NCBI RefSeq assembly: GCF_028641065.1 | Contig: NC_073378.1 | Location: 107,198,001-107,262,000, forward strand | Direction of reading: 5' to 3' | Origin: Leucoraja erinacea | Taxonomy: Eukaryota | DNA length: 64,000 nt | Shown here: positions 39,832-51,798 of the stretch, one piece after another | Layout: each line of letters begins with the position of its first letter | Position numbering within the stretch: position 1 is the stretch's first letter | Notes under the pieces: generated by a model | The model's database searches: none | Seen by the model: only the letters and a program-made list of their open reading frames with translations | Told to the model about the DNA's origin: nothing | Translations under genes and position numbers: made by a program

Positions 39832-40361
39832 GGGGCTCTCCCACTGCGGTGACCTAATCCGCGAGTTCTGGCGAGTTTGCCCTCGACTCATACTCGCAGC
39901 ATGGTCGACACGAGGTCGTAGGAGGTCTTTGTAACTCTCCTTCATGCTCGAGAGTAGTCCCCGCGTACTCGATGCCTCAGTTAGGTTGCGGCGTATTTTT
40001 CAACATGTTGAAAAATGCCCGCGAGTAAAAAAAGGTCGCCATGGAAAAAATCAATACTTTTTTTATTCGTAGGTTTAGTCAAAGTAGGTCGTAGAGGGTC
40101 GGCATGTTATTCGTAGGTAATCGAGGGTAGTCGAAGGTAATCAAAGGTAGTCATAGATAGTCTTCATCATAGTCGAAGGGAGGTCGAAGGAGGTCGGCTT
40201 CACTCTCCACTATTCGGTGTCCAATTTTCCCGAAGCTAGTTATCAACAGAGTCGAAGGAGGTTTTCTACATAGTCGAAGGAGGTCTTCAACATGATATTT
40301 TTTCAAACTCTCCTAATCTATTCTAAACTCGCCAATTAGGTCGCTGCAGTGGTACAGCCCA
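39832..40361. mobile_element. Harbinger-type MITE (family A)
   Basis: TIR GGGGCTCTCCCACTGCGGTGACCTAAT / ATTAGGTCGCTGCAGTGGTACAGCCC; TTA/TAA at the left flank; internal gtcgaagg subrepeats. Confidence 0.75.
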
Positions 40362-40519
40362 TTTTTACAATTTACTATTCGACTAGCATCATGGCAGGAA
40401 CTTTCCCAGGAAATCAAATGTGAAGTAGCAAATTAGTCAGATGAAGTAAGATGTTGATGTTATTATTTGTGGAGTGCAGGGCGGTATCCAGAGAAGAGGG
40501 ATGAACTCTGTAGCAAATT

Positions 40520-40890
40520 CCAAGGATGGCGAGACTGACATATGATGAAAGAATGGATCGACTATGTTTATATTCACTGGAATTAGAAGGATGAGAGGGA
40601 ATCTTATAGAACCATATAAAATTCTTAAGGGATTGGACAGGCTAGATGCAGGAAAAGTTGGGAGAGTCCAGAACTGGGGGTTACAGTTTAAGAATAAGGG
40701 GTAGGCCATTTAGAGCTGAGATGAGGATCAACTTTTTCACAGAGAGAGTTGTGAATCTGTGGGATTCTCTACCACATAAAGTAATGGAGGCCAATTCACT
40801 GGATGCATTCATGAGAGAATTTGATATAGCTCTTAGGACTAATGGAATCAAGCGATATGGGGAGAAAGTAGGAATAGGGTACTGATTCTG
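40520..40890 (+). mobile_element. CR1 LINE 3' fragment
   Basis: ORF 40646..40885 matches the ORF2 C-terminus. Confidence 0.8.
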
Positions 40891-41106
40891 GAACACAGAC
40901 AAGCAAATGTAATGTATGGTGCACGATCCCTTTACATTCGCGGAGCTCCCTGCGGCTCCCAGCGGCGCTGAACAACATCGCAAAGTCCCTGGGGCCCTTT
41001 GCCGAGGGCCGCCAGCGTGAATCTCTGCCCGGCGCGGCCTGGGGACTTCGGGAGCCGCGGACTCTGGTAGGTAGCGGCCGCTTCGGTGGTCCAAGCTGTT
41101 GAGGTC

Positions 41107-41770
41107 ACAACTTTCTGCATTCCTTTCCGCTCCTGGACACTCAAGTTGCTGAACCAAGCCACGATGCAACCAGTCAGCATGCTCACCACTGTGCACCTGT
41201 AGAGGTTCGAGAGAGTCCTCTTTGACATACCGATTCTCCGTAATCTTCCCAGGAAGTAAAGGCGCTGATGTGCTTTCTTTATAATCTTCGGAAATATGCA
41301 CGCCCAGGAATTTGAAGTTCTTGACCCGTTGATATAAACGGGATTGTGGGTCCCTATATAACCCCTTCCGAAGTCCACAATCAGTTCCTTGGTTTTGCTG
41401 GTGTTGAGGGCCAGGTTATTGTGCTGGCACCATTTGGTCAATCGGTCGATCTCACTTCTATACTCTGACTCGTCACCATCAGTGATTCATCCCACAACAG
41501 TGGTGTCATCGGCGAACTTGATGATGGAGCTCGCACTATGTCCAGCTACGCAGTCATGAGTATAGAGTGAGTAAAGCAGAGGGCTGAGCACGCAGCCTTG
41601 AGGTGCTCCCGTGCTGATTGGTATCGAGGATGACACACTTCCACCAATAGGGACAGACTGTGGTCTGTGGATGAGGAAGTTGAGGATCCAATTGCAGAGG
41701 GATGCGCTGAGACCCAGATCTGAGAGCTTGGTAACCAGCTTGGAGGGGATGATTGTATTAAATTAGTGTA
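41107..41770 (-). mobile_element. Rex1/Babar LINE RT fragment
   Basis: WCQHNNLALNTSKTKELIVDF and KKAHQRLYFLGRLRR in ORF 40932..41441; KFADD near 41505-41520. Confidence 0.8.
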
Positions 41771-42277
41771 TAGGTTCATGAGGGGAATAGATAGTGTTGA
41801 TGCACAGAGTATTTTACCCAGAGTAGGGGAATCAAGAACCAGGGGACATGAGAGGGAAAAGATTTAATAGGTACCTGAGGGGCAATGTTTAAGAAACATT
41901 GCAGGTACATGGACAGGATAGGTTTTAAGAAATATGGAGCAAACACAGCTGTGACTAGGGTAGATATGACATGTTGGTCAGTGTGGGCAAGTTGGGCTGA
42001 AGAGTCTGTTTCCATGTTGTATGACACTTGATGGCAATTTTTTCCATAGAGAGTGGTGGGCATATCGAACCACGGGAAGTAATTGAGGCAGGCACTATAA
42101 CAACACTTAAGAGACATTTTGACAGGTACATGGATAGTAAAGGTTTAGAGAGATTATGGGACAAACATGGGCAGGTGGGATTAGTGTAGATAGGGTATCC
42201 TGGTCAGCATGGGCAAGGTGAGCTGAAGCACCCATTGTCATGCTGTATGGCTATGACTATTTGGCAAGACATGTTCT

Positions 42278-43555
42278 AGTTTAGTTTAGAGATATAGCAT
42301 GGAATCAGACTCTTCAGCTCACCAGATAGATACAAAATGCTGGAGTAACTCAGCAGTACAGGCAGCATTTCTGGAGAGAAGGAATATGTGATGTTTCGGG
42401 TCGAGACCCTACTTCAGACTGACTTCAGGGGGGAGGGAGATAGATAGATGAGGAAGTGTGAAGGTGTGAAAACAGGTCAAAGGGAATGGAGATCAAGGAA
42501 AGTGTAGAGTACATAATCTTTAGCTGGGAAACGGTAACAACAAAGCAAACAGAGATAAAATATAATCGGAGACAGTCAGACTGGTCGGAGAACAGGGAAT
42601 GGGGAGGGATGGAGAGAGAGGGAAAGCAAGAGTTACTTGAAGTTAGAGAAGTTAATGTTCATACAACTGGGGTGTAAGCTGCCCAAGCAAAATATGAGAT
42701 TTGCACTGGGCCTCACTCTGACAATGGAGGAGGTCCAGGACAGAAAGGTCAGTGTGGGAATGGGAGGGGGAGTTAAAGTGTCCAGCAACCGGGAGCTCAG
42801 ATAGGTTCAGGTAGACTGAGCGGAGATGTTCACCTAAACGATCGCCGAACCTACGCTTGGTCTCGCTGATATACAGGAGTCCATACTTGGAACAGCAGAT
42901 ATAGTATATGAGGTTGGAGGTGGTGTAAATGAACCTCTGCCTCACCTGAAAAGACTGTCAGGGTCCTTGGACAGAGTCGAGGGGGGAGATATATGGACAT
43001 GTGTTGCATTTCCTGCAGTTGCTGGGGAAAGTACCTGCGGAGGAGGTGGTTTGGGTGGGAATTAACCAGGGAGTTGCAGAGGGAATGGTCTCAGTGGAAA
43101 GTGGAAAGGGGTGGAGATAGAATATGTGGCTAATGGTGGGATCCTGTTGGAAGTGGCGAAAATGTCAGAGGATTTTGTGCTGTACAGTTGATGGGCTGGA
43201 AGGTGAGGACCAAGGGACTCTGTCCCTGTTATGACGGGAGGGTAGGGGGGCAAGAGCGGACCTGTGAGATATCGAGGAGACCCTCGCTCGCTAGGTCCAT
43301 GCCGACCATCGATCACCCATTCACACTTGTTCCATGATATCCCACTTTCTCATCCACTCCTTTCACACAGCGGGGTAATTTACAGAGGCCAATTAACCTA
43401 CAAACCTGCACATCTTTGGGATGTGGGAGTAAACTGGAGCACCCGGAGGAAACAGAGAGAATGTGCAAACACCATGAGATGGCACTCGAGGTCAGAATCA
43501 AACCTATATCTCTGGCACTGTAAGGCAGCATGTCTATCAGCTGTGCCACTGTGTT
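42278..43555 (-). mobile_element. V-SINE split by a Penelope insertion
   Basis: SINE tail at 42278-42324 and body/head at 43287-43555 flank the PLE. Confidence 0.7.
42325..43286 (-). mobile_element. Neptune-type Penelope-like element fragment (Cys linker, GIY-YIG endonuclease, pLTR)
   Basis: ORF 42652..42945 SNLIYYICCSKYGLLYISETKRRFGDRLGEHLRSV is a decayed GIY-YIG; upstream GTFPSNCRKCNTCP Cys motif near 42995-43035. Confidence 0.85.
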
Positions 43556-44865
43556 ATCCCATGTGGAAATAACAAAATAAGCTGTATGGACTTTAATACA
43601 CTCTTTCAGTGATGACATTTTCATTAGCAAATTAATTTATTGACATGAGCTTAAAATATATACCAATGACAAAACTGTTGCACTATTTCATCTGATGCTG
43701 TTCTAAACTGGTGAGACCAGGGAAAGAGTTACCTGGACAGAGTAGGTGCTGATTTAATCATTTTCAACAGTTTTCATTTTTAAGTTGATCAAAGGTGTAA
43801 TAGTGATTAATACATATGAAATAAAGCCTTAGATCTGTTTCTGGATTTGGAGTTGAATCGAGTATTTTTGTGTTTTAAAGAGTTGGGAAAATGAGGCTTG
43901 TGTTAACTGTTTAGGATAACAGTAAAAGTGTAACATATTGGCATGACAGTCTTTGAAAAGAGGTGCCAACTCATTTAGAATAAATAGTCAATCTGCTCAA
44001 TTCTGACAGCAATCATTGCTGTCCTCCAGCTGTTTCGGTGATTGGTAGCCGCAAATCACAATGCAAAGTAAAATCATTTATCTTTAAGATTCTGACGGGA
44101 TGTCACAATACCAATTGCAGCTCAAAACATAGATGGTTATTTTGTGTTGTGCAGCTTCCTTTACCAGAGTTTGAATTGACGGACAGCAACTAAATCAATT
44201 GCTGAACTGTCTTGTTTATTTTTGGCGGTTTGATTTATCACTCTTTCTTTAACTTGAACACTTTTACTGCAAACTGATGCAGATAGATGCCAAAAAGTGG
44301 ATTGTAAATACTCGATAGGATAGAATACAGACTCCCAAGTCATAATTAAAAGGAACACTTTGATCTCAGATTTAATTGAAATTGTCGTGTAGTGTATTAC
44401 CAATGCATATTGAATAACATAGTTTTGGTTCTTCTAATCTCCTAAATCTAGGCTTGAAATTTGTTTTGTACAAATTTACAATGTCTTTACCCCGAAGTAA
44501 CAAAGAACTGCAAATGCTGGTGAATATACAAAATGACACAATGTGCTGAAGTAACTCAGCAGGTCACAAAGCATCTCTGCTTTTTTCTGGTGAAGTTGCC
44601 AAGCAGCAGTATGTGTATCAAGTGGTAAATGGAACTACAAATACAATCTTAGCTGACTTCAGAGGAGTAGCCTGGGCACAGGAAGAGAAACCATTGCAGG
44701 TGATTGGATGAATAAGAATAGTATTGATCCCATCAAGCTGGATCGTGATGAAGAAGATAAAAGTGTGGTCTCCCGTGACTAATTCAACAAATTGAATCAG
44801 AAAAATGCAGAGGGTTAAGAAATCGTTTTTCTCTATGGGATATAGAGAAATAGAGAAGATAGCTT

Positions 44866-45984
44866 TAAGATGGCGGCGCTGGCTTAACAGCTGCGGCCCA
44901 CCTGCAGTCCGTCTGTTTTTTTTTTTCTTTCGTTTTGTTTTTTGCCATGTTTTAGTTAATTTTGTTTTATTAAGTTGTGTATGTATGTGGGTGGGGTGGG
45001 AGAAACATGCTTTGGCCTCTTCCTTCGGGACTTTTTCCGAATGTCGAATCCCCCGTCTCAGTCTGCGCCGAGGCCTAATGGCGGAGCTGGCGGCAATGGA
45101 GCTGTAGCAGCGGCAGCAGTGGCGGAGACCTGACTCGGCCCTGGAGCTGTAGCGGCGGCAGCGGCAGCGGAGACCGGACTCGGCACCGAAGCTGTGGCGG
45201 CGGCGGCGGCGGCAGCAGCAGCAGCAGCGGAGACCTGACATGGCACCGAGGCTGTGACGGAGGCCGCGGCGGCGGAGACCTGACTCGGCACCGAGGCTGT
45301 GGCGGCAGCAGCAGCGGAGACCTGACTCGGCACCGAGGCTGTGGCGGCGGCGGCGGTGGCAGCGGCAGAAGCAGCAGCAGCGGAGACAGGACTCGGCACC
45401 GAAGCTGTAGCGGTGGCGGCAGCAGTGGCAGCAGCAGCGGAGAGCTGACTCGGCACCGAGGCTGTGGCGGCGGTGGCGGCGGCAGCGGCAGCAGCAGCGG
45501 AGACCTGACATGGCACCGAGGCTGTGACGGAGGCCGCGGCGGCGGAGACCTGACTCGGCACCGAGGCTGTGGCGGCAGCAGCAGCGGAGACCTGACCCGG
45601 CACCGAGGCTGTGGCGGCGGCGGCGGCGGCAGCAGCAGCAGCGGAGACCTGACTCGGCCCCGAGGCTGTGACGGAGGCCGCGGCGGCGGAGACCTGACTC
45701 GGCCTCTGAGCTGTGGCGAGGCAGCGACCACCCGCGGAGTTTGAACCGTCGCCTCGGCGCAGAGGGAGAACAAAGAGGGAAGAGCCAGAGACTTTAAGAT
45801 TTTGCCTTCCACCACAGTGAGGAGGTGTTTGGTGAACTCACTGTGGTGGTTGTTAAATTTGTGTTGACTATGTGTTTTTTCATTTTTTTGTAAATTATAT
45901 GTATGACTGCAGGGAAACAGAATTTTGTTCAGACCGAAAGGTCTGAATGACAATAAACGAATCTAATCTAATCTAATCTAATCT
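44866..45984 (+). mobile_element. Non-autonomous retroposon with internal GC-rich minisatellite
   Basis: 5' AAGATGGCGGCG; 3' 13-bp stem-loop (45809-45849); gacaataaa plus (AATCT)n tail; homologous 3' end on the minus strand at 57803-57985. Confidence 0.65.
45087..45720. repeat. GC-rich minisatellite, 12 units of 42-66 bp
   Basis: Core GCGGAGACCTGACTCGGCACCGAGGCTGTG separated by variable (GCG)n(GCA)n. Confidence 0.92.
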
Positions 45985-46408
45985 GATATTGCTGGTAAGG
46001 CTTATAAGAATCATTTTTCCCCACAATTCCTCCTTCGGCTGAGGCTTTTACTATTTGGTGATCCTCATGTTGGGATGTCAACTGATGGCTTTCGATCATT
46101 CAGGGTCAAATTAGTTTTGTAAAAGACTCTGCATTCCCATATCTTTTATCTTCATTATTTTATACAGCTTTCTTAAATGGAGGCACATCAGTCAGCCTCC
46201 ATTCTTTCAGAACCTAATTTTTCGCCTTCATTGATATAAGCCAGGACTCCTGCAATTTATTCTCTAGTTTCCCAAAACGTCTTTCGATATATCTGATCAG
46301 CAGGTTTATGGGCCTTCATACATCTTATGATGTCCAGCACCTCCTCAACTGTAATGCGATTATCCACAAGACATACCATTAACTTTCCCAAAGTCCATAG
46401 TCTTCATG

Positions 46409-49400
46409 CTGTCGGGGAGGATTTAAACTAATGTGGCAGGGGGATGGGTACAAGAGCAGAGGGGCAGGGGGGTGTAAAATGAAGGTAGAAGCAATAGGTA
46501 GCAAGGTGAAAAGTAAAAGTGGCAGGCAGACAAAACCAGGGCAAAAATCAAAAAGGGCCACTTTTCAACATAATTGTATAAGGGGTAAGAGCGTTGTAAA
46601 AACAAGCCTGAAGGCTTTGTGTCTCAATGCAAGGAGTATTCATAATAAGGTGGATGAGTTGAACGTGCAGATAGCCATTAATGATTATGATATAGTTGGG
46701 ATCACGGAGACATGGCTCCAGGGTGACCAAGGCTGGGAGCTGAACATCCAGGGATATTCAATATTCAGGAGGGATAGAGAGAAAGGAAAAGGAGGTGGGG
46801 TAGTGTTGCTGGTTAGAGAGGAGATTAACGCAATGGAAAGGAAGGACATTAGTTTGGAGGATGTGGAATCGGTATGGGTAGAGCTGCGAAACAATAATGG
46901 GCAGAAAACGCTGGTGGGTGTTGTGTACAGGCCACCTAACAGTAGTAGTGAAGTTGGGGATGGCATCAAACAGGAAATTAGAAATGCTTGCGACAAAGGC
47001 AAAGCAGTTATAATGGGTGACTTCAATCTACATATAGATTGGGTGAATCAAACTGGCAGGGGTGCTGAGGAAGAGGATTTCTTGGAATGTATACGGGATA
47101 GTTATCTAAACCAACATGTAGAGGAACCAACGAGAGAGCTGGCTATTTTAGACTGGGTATTGAGTAATGAGGAAGGGTTAGTTAGTAGTCTTGTTGTGCG
47201 TGGCCCCTTGGGCAAGAGTGACCATAATATGGTTGAGTTCTTCATTAGGATGGAGAGTGACATTGTTAATTCAGAAACAATGGTTTTGAACTTACAGAAA
47301 GGTAACTTTGAGGGTATGAGACGTGAATTGGCCAAGATTGACTGGCAATTAATTCTAAAAGGGTTGACGGTGGATATGCAATGGAAGGCATTTAAAGACT
47401 GCATGGATGAACTACAAAAATTGTTCATCCCAGTTTGGCAAAAGAATAAATCAGGGAAGGTAGTGCATCCATGGATAACAAGGGAAATCAGGGATAGTAT
47501 CAAAGCAAAGGATGATGCGTACAAACTAGCCAGAAAAAGCACCATACCGGAGGACTGGGAGAAATTCAGAGACCAGCAGAGGAGGACGAAGGGCTTAATT
47601 AGAAAAGGAAAAATGGATTATGAAAGAAAACTGGCAGTGAACATAAAATCTGACTGCAAAAGTTTTTATAGATATGTGAAAAGAAAGAGATTAGTTAAAA
47701 CAAATGTAGGTCCCTTGCAGTCAGAAACAGGTGAGTTGATCATGGGGAACCAGGATATGGCGGACCAATTGAATAACTACTTTGGTTCCGTCTTCACTAA
47801 GGAAGACATAAATGATCTGCCGGAAATAGCAGGGGCCCGCGGGTCAAAGGAGGTGGAGGAATTGAGTGAAATCCAGGTTAGTCGGGAAGTGGTGTTGGGT
47901 AAATTGAATGGATTAAAGGCCGATAAATCCCCAGGGCCAGATAGGCTGCATCCCAGAGTACTTAAGAAAGTAGCTCCAGAAATAGTGGATGCATTAGTAA
48001 TAATCTTTCAAAACTCCTTAGATTCTGCAGTAGTTCCAGAGGATTGGCGGGTAGCAAACGTAACCCCACTTTTTAAGAAGGGAGGGAGAGAGAAAACGGG
48101 GAATTACAGACCAGTTAGCCTAACATCGGTAGTGGGGAAACTGCTAGAGTCAGTTATTAAAGATGGGATAGCAGCACATTTAGAAAGTGGTGAAATCATT
48201 GGACAAAGTCAGCATGGATTTACGAAAGGTAAATCATGTCTGACGAATCTTATAGAATTTTTCGAGGATGTAACTAGTAGCGTGGATAGGGGAGAACCAG
48301 TGGATGTGGTGTATCTGGACTTCCAGAAGGCTTTCGACAAGGTCCCACATAAGAGATTAGTATACAAACTTAAAGCACATGGCATTGGGGTTTCAGTATT
48401 GATGTGGATAGAGAACTGGCTGGCAAACAGGAAGCAAAGAGTAGGAGTAAACGGGTCCTTTTCAGAATGGCAGGCAGTGACTAGTGGGGTACCGCAAGGC
48501 TCAGTGCTGGGACCCCAGCTATTTACAATATATATTAATGATCTGGATGAGGGAATTGAAGGCAATATCTCCAAGTTTGCAGATGACACTAAGCTGGGGG
48601 GCAGTGTTAGGTGTGAGGAGGATGCTAGGAGACTGCAAGGTGACTTGGATAGGCTGGGTGAGTGGGCAAATGTTTGGCAGATGCAGTTTAATGTGGATAA
48701 ATGTGAGGTTATCCATTTTGGTGGCAAAAACGGGAAAGCAGATTATTATCTAAACGGTGGCCGATTGGGAAAGGGGGAGATGCAGCGAGACCTGGGTGTC
48801 ATGGTACACCAGTCATTGAAGGTAGGCATGCAGGTGCAGCAGGCAGTAAAGAAAGCGAATGGCATGTTGGCTTTCATAGCAAGAGGATTTGAGTATAGGA
48901 GCAGGGAGGTTCTACTGCAGTTGTATAGGGTCTTGGTGAGACCACACCTGGAGTATTGCGTGCAGTTTTGGTCTCCAAATCTGAGGAAGGACATTATTGC
49001 CATAGAGGGAGTGCAGAGAAGGTTCACCAGACTGATTCCTGGGATGTCAGGACTGTCTTATGAAGAAAGACTGGATAGACTTGGTTTATACTCTCTAGAG
49101 TTTAGGAGATTGAGAGGGGATCTTATAGAAACTTACAAAATTCTTAAGGGGTTGGGCAGGCTAGATGCAGGAAGATTGTTTCCGATGTTGGGGAAGTCCA
49201 GGACAAGGGGTCACAGCTTAAGGATAAGGGGGAAATCCTTTAAAACCGAGATGAGGAGAACTTTTTTCACACAGAGAGTGGTGAATCTCTGGAACTCTCT
49301 GCCACAGAGGGTAGTTGAGGCCAGTTCATTGGCTATATTTAAGAGGGAGTTAGATGTGGCCCTTGTGGCCAAGGGGATCAGAGGGTATGGAGAAAAGGCA

Positions 49401-49507
49401 GGTACGGGATACTGAGTTGGATGATCAGCCATGATCATATTAAATGGCGGTGCAGGCTCGAAGGGCCGAATGGCCTACTCCTGCACCTAATTTCTATGTT
49501 TCTATGT
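46409..49507 (+). mobile_element. Young CR1-clade LINE (HER1-like), 5'-truncated at the end of ORF1
   Basis: Intact ORF2, 3' UTR and (TTCTATGT)n tail; TTCATG duplicated at 46403-46408 and 49508-49513. Confidence 0.95.
46431..49415 (+). CDS. LINE ORF2: apurinic-type endonuclease plus reverse transcriptase, 994 aa
   Basis: APE motifs CLNARS, ITETWL, GDFN, SDH; RT motifs YRPVSL, QHGF, DFQKAFDK, GVPQGSVLGP, FADD; no stops. Confidence 0.95.
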   Translation: MWQGDGYKSRGAGGCKMKVEAIGSKVKSKSGRQTKPGQKSKRATFQHNCIRGKSVVKTSLKALCLNARSIHNKVDELNVQIAINDYDIVGITETWLQGDQGWELNIQGYSIFRRDREKGKGGGVVLLVREEINAMERKDISLEDVESVWVELRNNNGQKTLVGVVYRPPNSSSEVGDGIKQEIRNACDKGKAVIMGDFNLHIDWVNQTGRGAEEEDFLECIRDSYLNQHVEEPTRELAILDWVLSNEEGLVSSLVVRGPLGKSDHNMVEFFIRMESDIVNSETMVLNLQKGNFEGMRRELAKIDWQLILKGLTVDMQWKAFKDCMDELQKLFIPVWQKNKSGKVVHPWITREIRDSIKAKDDAYKLARKSTIPEDWEKFRDQQRRTKGLIRKGKMDYERKLAVNIKSDCKSFYRYVKRKRLVKTNVGPLQSETGELIMGNQDMADQLNNYFGSVFTKEDINDLPEIAGARGSKEVEELSEIQVSREVVLGKLNGLKADKSPGPDRLHPRVLKKVAPEIVDALVIIFQNSLDSAVVPEDWRVANVTPLFKKGGREKTGNYRPVSLTSVVGKLLESVIKDGIAAHLESGEIIGQSQHGFTKGKSCLTNLIEFFEDVTSSVDRGEPVDVVYLDFQKAFDKVPHKRLVYKLKAHGIGVSVLMWIENWLANRKQRVGVNGSFSEWQAVTSGVPQGSVLGPQLFTIYINDLDEGIEGNISKFADDTKLGGSVRCEEDARRLQGDLDRLGEWANVWQMQFNVDKCEVIHFGGKNGKADYYLNGGRLGKGEMQRDLGVMVHQSLKVGMQVQQAVKKANGMLAFIARGFEYRSREVLLQLYRVLVRPHLEYCVQFWSPNLRKDIIAIEGVQRRFTRLIPGMSGLSYEERLDRLGLYSLEFRRLRGDLIETYKILKGLGRLDAGRLFPMLGKSRTRGHSLRIRGKSFKTEMRRTFFTQRVVNLWNSLPQRVVEASSLAIFKRELDVALVAKGIRGYGEKAGTGY

Positions 49508-50029
49508 TTCATGTCTTTTTCAATGGTAAAAACAAAGAATAAATATTCATTGAGGAACTTGCCTATCTCCTGTAGCTCCACACATTGATGACTCTTTGGT
49601 TTCTGACGGGCTTTATTCTCTCTCTCTCTCTCATTACCCTTTTCGCCTTAATACATTATAAAACCTCTTTAGATTCTCCTTAACCTCATGCTCCCTTTGT
49701 GCCCTCCTGATTACCTTAAGTATGCTCCTCAATCCCCTTCCAGGAATACAACTACCATCAATTTTAACTTTTCATATTCAACTTGCAAACATTCAACATT
49801 TTCATTCTTGGGATCACACTTCTGATTAATTAAGATAAGATAATGGGACCTGTTTAAAGTTCACATTGAATTCAGATTATTACAGTCATGAATATCAAAT
49901 GGGTACACCATCAAATTAAGCAACTTCACAATGGCATGGAGAAGTAAACTAAAATGAAGAGCAAACTGAAAAATAACTAATGCAATTTGGGTAACTTAAC
50001 CATGAAACCATACTTTACATATAACCATG

Positions 50030-50520
50030 ACCCTGTGTGAAATACCTGCCCCTCAGACCTCCTTAAAATATCTTCTCATTCATTCTAAACCTGTGCCCTC
50101 AAATTCAGAACTCTCCTGCCCTTAGGAAAAGCATTTTTTCCAATATCTGTTCCTCATAATTTCATATACCTATATCATTTAACCCATCAGCTTCCTATGT
50201 TCCAATGTGAATAAACTCAACCTATCCAATCTCTCTTTAGAATTACTGCCCTTCAATCCAGGCAACAGCCTGGGGATTTTTTTCTGCACTCTCTCCATTG
50301 TTTGCCATGCCTTGGACTATGAAGGCAAACATACCAAATGCCATCTTCACTACTCAACCCACCCGTGTTGCCACATTCAGTGAGCTGTGGACTTGCATCC
50401 TAAGGTGTCACTATATATAAATGGTTCCTGCCATTTACTCTATATTTCCTACCAGTATTTGACTTGCCAAAGTGCATCATCACACACTTCTGGATGAAAT
50501 TCCATCTGCTCCCAACCTTT
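50030..50520 (-). mobile_element. Old CR1 LINE 3' fragment
   Basis: Degraded reverse complement of the ORF2 C-terminal region. Confidence 0.55.
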
Positions 50521-50535
50521 CATCCATGTCCGGGA

Positions 50536-50537
<2 letters not shown>

Positions 50538-50606
<69 letters not shown>
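50538..50606. repeat. (CAGA)n microsatellite
   Basis: About 17 perfect units. Confidence 0.95.
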
Positions 50607-51798
50607 CTGAAATAAAACCACTGCACTATCATGAAAAAAAACATCTCATTCATATTTGTCATTCAGGGAAAGTTGTCTGATCTCAGCCACATGCCACAAT
50701 GTGATTATCAAATTGTAGACCATGGAAATAACCCAGCAAGCCACTCATTTCGGTTCTTGCAATATGTTGGGAGACTAAATATGGTGTTAATTTATCCTCA
50801 TCCCTTGAGTTCCAGTTCTAGCATATAGCCAAAACGACCTCTTGATCCTTGTAGCTATTTTCACAATTTTGACTTTGTAATTATATCTCAATCCAATTAA
50901 CAAAACTCGATCGTATTTGCATGAATAACAAGCTTCACCATATGGTATCTGGATTGCTAGTCGATGATATGCACACTTGAATCAGGATCTTCACAGGAAA
51001 CAAATTACGCACTACATCATCAGGCCCTAATCTGTAGCATGCGTGATTACTGAATTTGAAATTTGAATGCTTTGAAAGCTAGTCATGACAAAATTCCTTT
51101 GATTTTTAGGAAGTAGATGCTTTAAGACTGCAGGCAATAACTTACTTTGGTTCCATCACATTTAATAAATGCTGGAAGATCATGGGCCAGGTTGCATTAT
51201 CGCCTGCCAGTGGGTCCAAAGAAAACTGTTGCCTATTTGCAGTGCACACATCAGCACTTCCTGAAACTTGGTGCCAATTACATTCTGGAGTTGATTCTGT
51301 ACCATACCCAGGCCAGATACAACTTGTAAATGACCCTTCAGCATTCTGGCAGCTTTTCCTGATGTATCCGACACAACTCATGAATGAGATTGCTCATCCA
51401 TTAAAACAAGTTGTGCTATATAAAAAAAAATTTTAGTAGTTCACTATATATTTGTATTAACAAATTAATTTGTTTAGCAATTTTAATATGCTGTTTAAAG
51501 ATATGTTCGTTTTTTTTAGAAATAATACGAATTTCAATTGTTTCCAAATGTATTTTTTCTCAGTTGGTGCTGTCATTGAACATAGACCCTAAAATAAGAG
51601 ACATACAACAATGGAACAGGTCCTTTGGCCCACAATACCTATGATAGTGACAGATTAAACCAATCTCCTCTGCCTGCATACGATCCATATCCCTACATTC
51701 ACTGCACATTAATTTGCCTATCTAAAATTGCACTATCATATCTACCTCCACCACCATTCCAGGCTGCCACCTTGTGTAAAAAAAAAATTACCCCGACA

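Noticed and set aside
45087-45720. CRISPR-like pattern of palindromic constant repeats with variable spacers
   Set aside because: Spacers are low-complexity GCG/GCA triplets and recur; there are no cas genes and the context is a vertebrate intron. It is a minisatellite.
44618-45953. Long Cys/Arg-, Ala- and Pro-rich ORFs (297, 181, 292 aa)
   Set aside because: By-products of a triplet-phased GC-rich array; no domain or splice support.
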